DNA of 64,000 nucleotides from Anaerovoracaceae bacterium (GTDB lineage Bacteria > Bacillota > Clostridia > Peptostreptococcales > Anaerovoracaceae): NCBI GenBank assembly GCA_045642105.1, contig JAZUII010000013.1, forward strand, positions 11,669 through 75,668. Reading direction: 5' to 3'. A program made the position numbers and the translations under genes. Positions 27,456 through 36,651 of this stretch are shown piece after piece (the stretch's first letter is position 1; each line of letters opens with the position of its first letter). Below the pieces are notes generated by a model. It was not told the origin of the DNA. It saw only the letters and a program-made list of their open reading frames with translations, and ran no database searches.

Positions 27456-28736
27456 TTATCTGCGGTGTCCGCCAATCTGCTCATTCCTCTGAATTGCGGT
27501 GGCTGCATCTTCCAGGTCCATAGCCTTGAAAACCGCATTCTTTCCGAATTTGTCCTTAATCTGATTGAGTGTCTTCTGAACGCTCACATCCTTCTCATGG
27601 TCTTCAGTCATGTCAAGCAGAGACATCTGCCTCTCGCCGGTATCATCGGCGACATTATTGCAGTTGACCCACATGCGTCTAACAGGAACATTCGGATTAA
27701 CTACCTTCTCGTACGCCTTAACAATCGCAGGCACTATAACAGAAGCCGAATTGCTTGGTACAGTAAGCGGCACTCCGCTCTTGGCGTAAGGCAACTCGTA
27801 GGAATTGGAATATCCAACAATAATACTTAGCGACTTTGCCACCAGATTCCTTGCCGTCATATCAAGGCAGAGCGCATTGGTCATCTCCTTGATAATCAGC
27901 TTGCCCTCCTCGAAACTGTAGTCTCGCATCAGAACCTGTCCGCTGCTGAGCGAATTGCTCCTTGGCTTATATGCTTTGATATCTGCAATTGTGGTCGGTT
28001 CCCTGCCCCAGGCATGGTCTATCAGAAGCTCGGCGTCTATACCGAAAATCTTATATAGAACCGCTTCATCTGTTCTGGCAATTCCGCCCATAGTATCAAT
28101 TCCTATGCGCGCAAGTCTGCGTGCTGTTCCCGGTCCGATTCTCCAGAAATCAGTCAGAGGCCTATAATCCCACAAAGTATTGATATAGGTGTTCTCATCC
28201 AGATAGCCTATATAATCCGGCGAATGCTTGGCTGTGATATCGAGCGCAATCTTCGCAAGGTACATATTGGTTCCTATTCCGCAGGTCGCTCTCACACCAA
28301 CACGAGTCGCAACTTCGTTCATCAGGAAAAGAGCCATCTCTCTCGGTGTATATCCATATCTCTTGAGATAGGCTGTTACATCGATAAAAACCTCGTCAAT
28401 CGAATACACGTGCATGTCCTCTGCAGCAATATAGTCCAGATACACGCCGTATATCTCTGCCGCATAGTCAACATACAGCTGCATCCGCGGCACAGCCATT
28501 ATGTAATCCAGATGCTTGGGAATCTCGAAAACCCTGCATCTGTTCTTAACGCCCTTTGCCTTAAGAGACGGTGATACCGCCAGACAGATTGTCTTCTCAG
28601 AGCGGTCAGGGTCAGCCACCACCAGATCCGTTGTCATCGGATCCAGCCCCCTCTCAACACACTCAACGGAGGCATAGAAAGACTTCAGGTCAATGCAAAG
28701 ATATGTTCTGGCTCTTTGTCTGTCTATCTGAGTCAT
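27456..28736 (-). CDS. Y-family (UmuC/DinB-like) translesion DNA polymerase
   Basis: AGGAGG RBS. Catalytic N-terminus YLCIDLKSFYASVECVERGLDP. Later motif SIDEVFIDVT. Confidence 0.85.
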   Translation of the reverse strand: MTQIDRQRARTYLCIDLKSFYASVECVERGLDPMTTDLVVADPDRSEKTICLAVSPSLKAKGVKNRCRVFEIPKHLDYIMAVPRMQLYVDYAAEIYGVYLDYIAAEDMHVYSIDEVFIDVTAYLKRYGYTPREMALFLMNEVATRVGVRATCGIGTNMYLAKIALDITAKHSPDYIGYLDENTYINTLWDYRPLTDFWRIGPGTARRLARIGIDTMGGIARTDEAVLYKIFGIDAELLIDHAWGREPTTIADIKAYKPRSNSLSSGQVLMRDYSFEEGKLIIKEMTNALCLDMTARNLVAKSLSIIVGYSNSYELPYAKSGVPLTVPSNSASVIVPAIVKAYEKVVNPNVPVRRMWVNCNNVADDTGERQMSLLDMTEDHEKDVSVQKTLNQIKDKFGKNAVFKAMDLEDAATAIQRNEQIGGHRR

Positions 28737-28833
28737 CTCTTTCCTCCTTTCTCTTCCGCGGCCGGTCATCTTGCCAGTATTATATCCTCATTCGCCCGGC
28801 TATTCTAACATTATACAACATTATATTTAATAT

Positions 28834-28845
28834 GAACAGATGTTC
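28834..28845. promoter_or_regulatory. LexA (Cheo-type) SOS box GAACAGATGTTC
   Basis: Perfect GAAC-N4-GTTC palindrome 98 nt upstream of the polymerase ATG, next to TATAAT-like hexamers. Confidence 0.65.
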
Positions 28846-28890
28846 TTTCTATTGTTCTTGTTCTGGGTGTTTTTTACCCCAAAACTGCTA

Positions 28891-28934
28891 AAAAGGGCGG
28901 TCACTAAGCTTTTGCTAGTAACACGCCCTTTTTT
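28891..28934 (-). terminator. terminator after the COG0523 pair
   Basis: aagggcg...cgccctt stem flanked by A- and T-runs. Confidence 0.6.
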
Positions 28935-28943
28935 ATTCCCCTA

Positions 28944-29888
28944 TTAGAAGCTTGCAACTTCCGGATCAGCCGCCTCGCACTTCTCAAGAGACTTGACGTA
29001 GAGCACAGGTCCCTTTTCGCCGTATGCCTCCTCGAACTCAATGCGCACCTTTGCAGTAATCTTAATCCAGTCGCCAACCTCAAGCCCGCTTGTATCACTG
29101 TATATTGCCATAAGCGCCGCGAACTGAATATCGTCTGCGCAGCATGTCATGACATGTCTTCCGAAAGCGAATCTGCCATCCGGCAGCTCTTTGTTGATTG
29201 CAACTCTGCCCTTGAGGGTCAGCACCTTGCCATCATAGGCTTTCTCATTCTCATTGATGTCGCGATACCACTCTGCGTACCAGTCATCCTCGATTGTGAT
29301 GTTCTTCTGGTTGATGTCATATGGCAGCGGATCTTCTATTGTATCCGGCTCCATGTCGTTAGGCGCATACTCGTAGATGATGAGTGACTTTCTGTTAGCT
29401 ATGCGAACCTCTTTGTGAAAAGGCATTTTGTCTGCGGTCTTGTCCATGCGGTTGAAAACAACCATCTCGGCAGTCTTGAGTTTGTCGAAGCAAAGCTGAC
29501 GCATGTTCTGGTTGTATATCTGGAAAGTCGACGCATCAATCAGACACATCTCCTGTGCGATAACCCAGTTGAGCGGCATAGTCTGGAAAAGCGACTCGAG
29601 CATCCACATTCCGTTGTACTCGATTACAACCCTGTCGTAGAGGCAGCCTGCGCTGATTTTACGCAAAATGCCCTTCTTGAGATCTTCCTCCTCGCGGATG
29701 TATTTGACTGTAACGCCGGGACCGGCAAACTTCTCCGGCTCGTACTCGAGCTCTCCCTCTTCGCACACTATTAGCAGAGTTCTTCCGTCATTACCGAACT
29801 CAGGGTTCGACAGTGTGTCCTGTATAAATTCTGTTTTGCCTGCTCCGAAGAATCCGGTAAAAATAAAGACCGGTTTATCGTTCATCAT
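28944..29888 (-). CDS. divergent CobW/COG0523-related GTPase-like protein
   Basis: P-loop FTGFFGAGKTEF. Lacks the GCxCC motif. C-terminal VMTCCADD. Partner of the canonical COG0523 gene upstream. Confidence 0.55.
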   Translation of the reverse strand: MMNDKPVFIFTGFFGAGKTEFIQDTLSNPEFGNDGRTLLIVCEEGELEYEPEKFAGPGVTVKYIREEEDLKKGILRKISAGCLYDRVVIEYNGMWMLESLFQTMPLNWVIAQEMCLIDASTFQIYNQNMRQLCFDKLKTAEMVVFNRMDKTADKMPFHKEVRIANRKSLIIYEYAPNDMEPDTIEDPLPYDINQKNITIEDDWYAEWYRDINENEKAYDGKVLTLKGRVAINKELPDGRFAFGRHVMTCCADDIQFAALMAIYSDTSGLEVGDWIKITAKVRIEFEEAYGEKGPVLYVKSLEKCEAADPEVASF

Positions 29889-29949
29889 TCTATATCCCCT
29901 TTCGTACAATCAGAGCAAGCCTGCGACCTGCTCTGACGTCGTGCATTTT

Positions 29950-31053
29950 CTAAAGTGAGAACAGCTTCTTCAGCTTATCCTTCTTGAGGCCTGTTCCGAT
30001 TACGATTACGGTTCCTGTTGCCTCAGCCTCACCGTTTCTTACTTCGCCCTCACCTGGCACGTAGTCGAACTCCAGCCATCCGCCATTCTTGTTCTCTACG
30101 ATGCCCTTTGCTCTGAGTACTTCTCCGCACTCTTCGAGTGTATCCATAATCGCCTCGAGTTCCTCTGCAGTGTACTTGTTAGCTGTGTGCTGTGCCATCT
30201 CCTCGAATACCTCATCTGCGTGATGATGGTCGTGACCGCATCCGCAGCTACACTCTTCATCATGGTCGTGATGATGATGCTCATGTTCGTGGTCATGTCC
30301 GCAGCAGCATTCCTCATCGTCATCGTGGTGATGATGTTCATATTCGTGGTCATGTCCGCAGCAGCACTCCTCATCATGGTCGTGATGATGATGGTGTCCG
30401 TGCGCGTGAAGCTCATGATGGGCCTCTTCTCTTAAATGCTCAAGCTCTGCTGACAGAGTCTTGTTATCTTCCATAATCTTGAGAATCTTGGAACCTTCGA
30501 GCTCCGGCCAGTCAGTTGTTACGATTGATGCGCTAGGATTAAGCTCCTTGATCATATCTATAACCTCTGCAAGCTTCTCATCACTGAGCCCTGCCTGGTG
30601 GCTCAGAATAACTGAGCTTGCATGCTCAACCTGGTTCTTGTAGAACTCGCCAAAACTTCTCATCATAGCCTTTGCTCTTTTAGCATCAACTACTGTTGTG
30701 AAGCTGTTCAGCTCGATGTTCTCATTGTGCAGATCCTGCACTGCGATGATTACATCTGAAAGCTTGCCGACGCCTGATGGCTCTATAAGGATTCTGTCCG
30801 GATGATAAGTATCGATAACCTCATCCAGTGCCTTCGCAAAATCACCAACGAGGGTGCAGCAGATGCATCCTGCATTCATCTCGTTAATCTCAATACCTGT
30901 GTTCTTCAGGAAACCGCTATCAACGCCAATCTCTCCGAACTCATTCTCTATAAGAACAATCTTCTCCTCGCCGTATGCTTCAGCGACGAGCTTCTTGATA
31001 AGTGTTGTTTTACCTGCTCCCAGGAAACCTGAGAAAATATCAACTTTAGTCAT
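29950..31053 (-). CDS. COG0523/CobW-family metallochaperone GTPase with His/Cys-rich insert
   Basis: GGGAGG RBS. P-loop GFLGAGKTTLI. GCICC metal motif. Three HHHH-D(H/D)D-EEC(C/S)CG-HDHE cassettes. Confidence 0.85.
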   Translation of the reverse strand: MTKVDIFSGFLGAGKTTLIKKLVAEAYGEEKIVLIENEFGEIGVDSGFLKNTGIEINEMNAGCICCTLVGDFAKALDEVIDTYHPDRILIEPSGVGKLSDVIIAVQDLHNENIELNSFTTVVDAKRAKAMMRSFGEFYKNQVEHASSVILSHQAGLSDEKLAEVIDMIKELNPSASIVTTDWPELEGSKILKIMEDNKTLSAELEHLREEAHHELHAHGHHHHHDHDEECCCGHDHEYEHHHHDDDEECCCGHDHEHEHHHHDHDEECSCGCGHDHHHADEVFEEMAQHTANKYTAEELEAIMDTLEECGEVLRAKGIVENKNGGWLEFDYVPGEGEVRNGEAEATGTVIVIGTGLKKDKLKKLFSL

Positions 31054-31462
31054 GTTGAGCCTCCCTTTCTTACTACGTATAGCATTATAGCACATGGCAG
31101 CCTTCTCCGAAACATGCGACTAAGCTCATTGCCAGTCTTCGTTCTTAAGAATTCGGTTTTTCTCTGCAAAAATTTAGAATTTTTCGTTCGTCAGATAACA
31201 TTTAAAGCGAAGTTCTTTAGATAATACCTTCTGCTGCATTGCGAAATTTATCGATGTTTGTCGAAAGATGTCGAAAAAGCGCGAAATTTTCAAGCTTCTG
31301 GCAGCAGCGCTTCGACATCTTTCTTCCAATAAAGGCTGCAAAAGTAAGAAATCGGTCTTCCAAACGGCGGCGATACGCCGCCGTTCTAAAGTTTCGACCG
31401 ATTTCTTTCGATTCTTAAGAACAAGCAGTGGCAATGCCACTGCTTTCGCGTAAATGTCGAAA

Positions 31463-31483
31463 GAGCAGCGGGGACCGCTGCTC
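31463..31483 (-). terminator. hairpin terminator after the MFS gene
   Basis: gagcagcgg-gga-ccgctgctc, 10 nt after the stop at 31493. Confidence 0.6.
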
Positions 31484-31492
31484 TTGTCTGCG

Positions 31493-32869
31493 TTATTTTC
31501 TTTTCAGCGATATAAATATTCCTGCGAAGCACACTCCGCTGAAGACCATAAAGCACACATGCATTGTTCGCACTATCAGCTCAGGGCTCGCTTGATTGAG
31601 TCCGAGACTTCCCATCATTGCACCGATGATAATAGTAAGAACCGCCATTCCGGTTGTCTGTCCGGCATTACGCATGGTCGCTACTATGGATGAGGTTACG
31701 CCTCTGTCCTCCGGCCCTACCGCACTCATAATCACATTCGTGTTAGGCGACGAGAAGAGGGCGAACCCGCATCCCATTATCACAAGTATAGGAATGATAT
31801 GAGCAATCGGTGTATCAATGCCGATGGTGCAGATCAGCATCAGAGATGCCGCACAGAAGCCCATGCCTGCCGATGATAATTTATATGGTGAATACTTGTC
31901 GGACAGTCTTCCTGCGAGAGGAGAGAAAACTGCCTGAACAAGAGGTGTTGCAATCATTATGAGACCCGCAGTCTGCGATGGATATCCTTTTACCATCTGC
32001 AGATAGATAGACATGAAATATGAAAGAGCGAAAGTCGCTGCATAATTCAGGAAAGCTGCCAGGTTCGAGAATGCGAAACCTCGGTTCCTGAAAAGCGATA
32101 CTTTAAGCACCGGCTCCTCTGCAGAAATCTGAGTTCTTATGAAAACCACACCCAGCACCAGTCCGACAATCATAAGCGGATAACAGAGGAGACTGCTTCC
32201 TATCTCCGAGAGTCCATACAGGAATGACACGAGGCTGACAGAATAGAGCAGCGCCTCTTTACGATCGTACTTAGGTGCCCATTCGCTAAAAGCAGTTCGC
32301 GGTGCCGCTTTGATGGCAGTGAACGCCGATACGATAACCATCAGCGCAAAGAGCCCCGACACAAGCACTACCGCGCGCCAACCGAAACGGGTGTTGAGCA
32401 TGCCGCCGATTACCGGACCGGTTGACAATCCGATGTAGGTCGAGCAGACAGCAAGCCCGAGCATTCTGCCACGTTCTGATGCCGGAAATGCGCTTATGAG
32501 CACTGCATTATTTGTGGCGAAAATCATTGCCGCTCCCACGCCCTGCATGAAACGGCATGCGAGGAAGAACGCGAAATTCGGCGAAATAAGGCTCGCAAAA
32601 GTCGCGAGGCCGAAAACCACTATTCCGCTTCGCAGGACACGCACGCGGTCTGTGATATCTGCGATTTTACCGAAAGGAATCGAGAGTGCGACGCTGGCCA
32701 GAGCATAGATTGTAACAACCCAGCCGATGGTCTGCGCACTGACTCCGAACTCCGCCTCGATATTCGGAATTGAAAGATTTAATGAACTCGAATTAAACGT
32801 GGTCATAAATGATGTCACTATGACCACGAATAAAACATTTATTTGCTCTTTAGTATATTTCTTTGTCAC
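31493..32869 (-). CDS. MFS transporter (DHA2/EmrB-like, about 14 TM)
   Basis: 458-aa polytopic protein with the MFS motif-A-like GKIADITDRVRVL. Confidence 0.8.
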   Translation of the reverse strand: MTKKYTKEQINVLFVVIVTSFMTTFNSSSLNLSIPNIEAEFGVSAQTIGWVVTIYALASVALSIPFGKIADITDRVRVLRSGIVVFGLATFASLISPNFAFFLACRFMQGVGAAMIFATNNAVLISAFPASERGRMLGLAVCSTYIGLSTGPVIGGMLNTRFGWRAVVLVSGLFALMVIVSAFTAIKAAPRTAFSEWAPKYDRKEALLYSVSLVSFLYGLSEIGSSLLCYPLMIVGLVLGVVFIRTQISAEEPVLKVSLFRNRGFAFSNLAAFLNYAATFALSYFMSIYLQMVKGYPSQTAGLIMIATPLVQAVFSPLAGRLSDKYSPYKLSSAGMGFCAASLMLICTIGIDTPIAHIIPILVIMGCGFALFSSPNTNVIMSAVGPEDRGVTSSIVATMRNAGQTTGMAVLTIIIGAMMGSLGLNQASPELIVRTMHVCFMVFSGVCFAGIFISLKRK

Positions 32870-32870
32870 T

Positions 32871-33572
32871 TTAGAATTCGAATCTGTTGTTATCTGCGTC
32901 TACGATTGCTGTAGTAATCGTAACGTCTCCGAAGAATCCGGTCAGGAGAGCCTTGAAATCCTCGACTGCAGCTTCAACTTCTGCCATGTTGACGCTTTTG
33001 AATCCGTCAATCGGAAAAAGAACATTTGTGGTGTTCTCTGTAATCATTCCGTTGGCGCCTTGTCTCCAGGTCCATCTTCTGGTTCTAACTTCATGTCCGG
33101 TTACATATACAACCTCGCCTGCGTCAGGATTGTCTTCCTGTCCGTCGAAGGTGATAAAAACATCTCCCTCTGCCGCCGGTCTGACCTCAAGACCGCCATC
33201 GAAAGTGTCAATATCGTGAGCGCCGACAGGGAGCTTGTACTTGACCGAAATTGCATTTCCCAGATCAACTGCAGCGTTGATTGCTGGAAAATCTCTTCCT
33301 TTTGCGATTCTGTCCATAAGTGCTTCGATGGAGCACGAATATCTGTTAGGGTTGATGCCGAGTGCCTTGAATGCATCCCTGTAAGGAATTACCGCGTCAA
33401 GATTCTTTGGCTTCTGGTCGCCGATATAAGCAGCACAGTCTGCAACGCCTGTCGCAACCATCTCTGCAAGTTCAGGGATGACCTTAGTGTTGTCGATTCC
33501 CTTGACAGCTACCGCTCCGAAAACTGCATCTGGCAGTTTCTCGAATACTTCTTTTGATACTTCATAGAACAT
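32871..33572 (-). CDS. B3/B4 tRNA-binding-domain protein
   Basis: 233-aa protein. INPNRYSCSIEALMDRIAKGRDFPAINAAVDLGNAISVKYKLPVGAHD matches the PheT B3_4-like fold family. Confidence 0.65.
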   Translation of the reverse strand: MFYEVSKEVFEKLPDAVFGAVAVKGIDNTKVIPELAEMVATGVADCAAYIGDQKPKNLDAVIPYRDAFKALGINPNRYSCSIEALMDRIAKGRDFPAINAAVDLGNAISVKYKLPVGAHDIDTFDGGLEVRPAAEGDVFITFDGQEDNPDAGEVVYVTGHEVRTRRWTWRQGANGMITENTTNVLFPIDGFKSVNMAEVEAAVEDFKALLTGFFGDVTITTAIVDADNNRFEF

Positions 33573-33706
33573 AATCTACCTCCAATCCCTTTAATCCCCT
33601 TTATTTATACCGAATAGCAGAAAAGTTCCCGTGCATATGCAGGGGAACTTCTATTCGATATTATCAAATCTGTAGTTTGTATTATCCTAAACCCTTATAT
33701 CTCAGC

Positions 33707-33904
33707 TTATGCCTGAAGTGCCTCGTTAAGAGCTGCAACAAGCTGGTCTGCATCGAGTCCGTGTACAACAGATGCCTGCTCGATTGACTCACCCTGTGAA
33801 GATGGGCATCCGATGCACATCATGCCGTTAGCAAAGAATGTACGTACAAGCTCAGGATGCTCGTTGATAACTTCTCCAATAATCATGTCCTTTGTGATTG
33901 CCAT
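33707..33904 (-). CDS. DUF1858 (hybrid-cluster-protein-associated redox disulfide) domain protein
   Basis: 65-aa protein, MAITKDMIIGEVINEHPELVRTFFANGMMCIGCPSS. Confidence 0.7.
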   Translation of the reverse strand: MAITKDMIIGEVINEHPELVRTFFANGMMCIGCPSSQGESIEQASVVHGLDADQLVAALNEALQA

Positions 33905-34003
33905 TGGTATCACTTCCTTTCATTAATAGAACTTAATGTAAAAGTACCACTTTTGGACTTTTTGTCAAGGGGAATAAAAGTGTTATAATGGATTCAGGAG
34001 GAA

Positions 34004-34960
34004 ATGTCGATTATGATTCCATTTAGAGAAGTCACACTTTCGGACAAACCGCTGATTGACAGCCTGATTTGTGCCGACGGGTGCCATGGTGCTGATTACA
34101 ATTTCGCCAACATCTTTATCTGGCGAAAAATGTACAAACCGCTTATTCACATAACAGAAGGACTGCTGCTCGTTGCAATGCCCGAAAGCAATCTCTACTC
34201 GTACCCTATGGGCGACGGCGATATAAAGACCGCCATTGAGATGTACCGCGAAGACGCTCACGCCCGCGGCCACAGCCTCATCGTAAGAGGTCTGACAGAT
34301 GAGACAGTAAAGACTTTTCAGGCTATATACGGCGACAGCTTTGAATACATAGAAGATCGTGATACCGCAGACTATATCTACAGTGCAGAGAAGCTCCGCT
34401 ACCTCGCAGGACGCAAGCTGGCATCGAAGCGAAATCACATCAGGCACTTTGAGAAAAACGGAAACTGGGAACTTCGTCGTCTCGGCGGCGATTTTCTCGC
34501 AGAGGGTCTTGAGCTTGTTGACTCTGACGGCAAGCCTATCGGCATAACAGATTTCGATGACGCGCGCCGTGTCATCGACGCATTCTATAAAGAGAAGGAC
34601 GACCCTGATTTTGAAGATGAGGCCCTCGCAGTGGAAGAGATGTTCGCACACTTCGACGAGCTCGGCTTCATCGGCGCAGTGCTTTATCAGAACGGAAAAC
34701 CCGTTGGTTTTACCGCGGGAACGCACCTCAGCTCATGCGGTTACGATGTGCACTTCGAGAAAGCACTTGGCGGCGTGGATGGTGCATACACGATGATCAA
34801 CCGTGAATTTGTCAATATGCTCTGTCAGATATATCCGGGCCTTGAGATGATTAACCGCGAGGAGGATCTCGGTATCGAGGGACTTCGCAGGGCTAAGCTC
34901 AGCTACAAGCCGGACATTCTGCTGATGAAATATATCGCAAAGGAGAGAACTGATGGCTAG
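34004..34960 (+). CDS. DUF2156 (LPG-synthase-C-like) domain protein
   Basis: ADYNFANIFIWRKMY...GRKLASKRNHIRHFEKN pattern. ATG 34013 has better RBS spacing than 34004. Confidence 0.65.
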   Translation: MSIMIPFREVTLSDKPLIDSLICADGCHGADYNFANIFIWRKMYKPLIHITEGLLLVAMPESNLYSYPMGDGDIKTAIEMYREDAHARGHSLIVRGLTDETVKTFQAIYGDSFEYIEDRDTADYIYSAEKLRYLAGRKLASKRNHIRHFEKNGNWELRRLGGDFLAEGLELVDSDGKPIGITDFDDARRVIDAFYKEKDDPDFEDEALAVEEMFAHFDELGFIGAVLYQNGKPVGFTAGTHLSSCGYDVHFEKALGGVDGAYTMINREFVNMLCQIYPGLEMINREEDLGIEGLRRAKLSYKPDILLMKYIAKERTDG

Positions 34961-35855
34961 AGTCAGACCCGCGGGCGATGATTACAAGGCGCTTCGCACA
35001 CTCTGGGTGAACACATTCGGAGACAACGCTGATTTTGTCGATGATTTCTATAAAGCCTGGGGCGAGGATATTGAAGGATATGTGCTCGAAGAGGAAGGCA
35101 GCGTCTCAAGTGCGCTGACTATGTTCCTCATGGGCGAGCTCGTGATTCCGTCAGATTGTATTGTAACATCCGGCGTCGGTTCTGCACCGGCGGATATACG
35201 AAAGCCGGCATATGTCAGCTATGCAATATGCACTGATTCTTCAGCACGAGGTCAAGGCTTCGGTTCTCAGATTACGGAATATGCTCGCGATCTTGCGCTT
35301 TCACGCGGTGCTGTCTCACTGCTGTGTCCCGCCGAGCCATCACTGGTTCGTTTCTACCAGCCGCTGAGTTATGAACCTCGCTTCTATGCGACCGAAACGG
35401 AGCTTTCGATCGCTTCCTCTGCCGGCATCAGCACCGGAGCTTCTGATTCTGAAACTCCGGACATAGAGCTTCTTAGCGCCGAAGCATACGGCAGACTAAG
35501 GGAGGAACTTCTTAAAGATACTGTGCACATTGATCTCAGTTCCCGCGCACTCGAATATATTGCATCAACACACAGGCTTTACAGTATGCGCGGAGGCAGG
35601 ATTATCGCCGCTCTTGTAAAGGACACAGCTGATTTTGCGGAGGTAATATGCAATCCGCTGATTGAAGCCAGAGCGCTTGAATCCGTGCTCGCAGGTCTTG
35701 GCGCCGAACTCGGCCTTGAGACACTTACATACCGCACACCCGGCAACGAATATCTGCAGACGGGTACGCTCAGCACGGAATATGTCCAGGCAATGATCGC
35801 CAGCGATGGACGCCTGTATTTCAGCAACGGTTATTTTGGATTTCCGTTTGATTAG
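34953..35855 (+). CDS. GNAT-family acetyltransferase-like protein
   Basis: Overlaps the upstream gene by 8 nt. AcCoA-loop-like ARGQGFGSQITEYA. Confidence 0.6.
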   Translation: MARVRPAGDDYKALRTLWVNTFGDNADFVDDFYKAWGEDIEGYVLEEEGSVSSALTMFLMGELVIPSDCIVTSGVGSAPADIRKPAYVSYAICTDSSARGQGFGSQITEYARDLALSRGAVSLLCPAEPSLVRFYQPLSYEPRFYATETELSIASSAGISTGASDSETPDIELLSAEAYGRLREELLKDTVHIDLSSRALEYIASTHRLYSMRGGRIIAALVKDTADFAEVICNPLIEARALESVLAGLGAELGLETLTYRTPGNEYLQTGTLSTEYVQAMIASDGRLYFSNGYFGFPFD

Positions 35856-35950
35856 AGTAAGGCAATAGGATATACTCTTGTGTATTAGAATAGGAACATA
35901 TTCTAAACACGCTTAATTATGCAAATCAACTTTAGAAAGGAAGAATATAT

Positions 35951-36550
35951 ATGAATATTGTATGTCTCGATATGGAAGGTGTTCTCGTACCTGAGATTTG
36001 GATTGCTTTTGCAGAAGTAACAGGAATTCCCGAGTTCAAGAGAACAACAAGAGATGAGCCTGACTACAACAAGCTCATGAAGTACAGAATCGACCTGCTT
36101 GAGAAGCACGGCCTCGGTCTCAAGGAGATTCAGGATGTAATCGCTCAGATTGAGCCAATGGAAGGTGCCAAGGAGTTCCTCGATGAGCTTCGTGCAACAA
36201 CTCAGGTTATCATCCTCAGTGATACTTTCTCACAGTTCGCAGCGCCTCTTATGAAGAAGCTCGGATACCCAACAATTTTCTGCAACGAGCTTATTGTTGG
36301 TGACGACGGAATGATTAAGGATTTCAGAATGAGATGCGTTAAGTCAAAGCTGACTACAGTTAAGGGTCTTCAGGACATCGGTTATGACACAATCGCAGCA
36401 GGAGACAGCTTCAACGACCTCGGAATGATTCGTGCAAGTAAGGCAGGATTCCTCTTCAAGTCAACTGACGCAATCAAGGCTGACAACCCTAACATCCCTG
36501 CATTCGAGGAGTACGATGAGCTTCTCGCAGCAATCAAGGCTGCACTGTAG
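35951..36550 (+). CDS. thrH: phosphoserine phosphatase / homoserine phosphotransferase ThrH
   Basis: MNIVCLDMEGVLVPEIWIAFAEVTGI...TTRDEPDYNKLM closely parallels P. aeruginosa ThrH as I recall it (CLDLEGVLVPEIWIAFAEKTGI). Confidence 0.85.
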   Translation: MNIVCLDMEGVLVPEIWIAFAEVTGIPEFKRTTRDEPDYNKLMKYRIDLLEKHGLGLKEIQDVIAQIEPMEGAKEFLDELRATTQVIILSDTFSQFAAPLMKKLGYPTIFCNELIVGDDGMIKDFRMRCVKSKLTTVKGLQDIGYDTIAAGDSFNDLGMIRASKAGFLFKSTDAIKADNPNIPAFEEYDELLAAIKAAL

Positions 36551-36574
36551 AAGGCTCACGTTTCAATGCAAGCT

Positions 36575-36607
36575 AAAAGCATCCGCAATTGCGGATGCTT
36601 ATTTTTT
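36575..36607 (+). terminator. intrinsic terminator after thrH
   Basis: aagcatccgc-aatt-gcggatgctt followed by T6. Confidence 0.85.
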
Positions 36608-36651
36608 ACCACGATTATCGTGTCATTCCGACCTTGATAGTTCTCGTCGAA

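Noticed and set aside
31424-31484. GCCACTG...GCAGCGGGGA resembling part of a cobalamin riboswitch core
   Set aside because: It lies on the plus strand with no downstream plus-strand gene. I could find no B12 box (AGYCMGGNGACC-like) or GGTG..AA..CC elements. The segment is explained by two simple hairpins, one of which is the MFS terminator.
32727-33557. 276-aa plus-strand ORF spanning the MFS and B3/B4 gene boundary (similar shadow ORFs at 12025-12732, 27279-27830 and 40070-40729)
   Set aside because: All are antisense to confidently assigned genes and cross gene junctions. None has a plausible start context.
33983-34726. 247-aa minus-strand ORF opposite the DUF2156 gene
   Set aside because: It is a shadow of a plus-strand gene that has clear family motifs and an RBS. 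Its composition is Cys/Val-rich and not protein-like.
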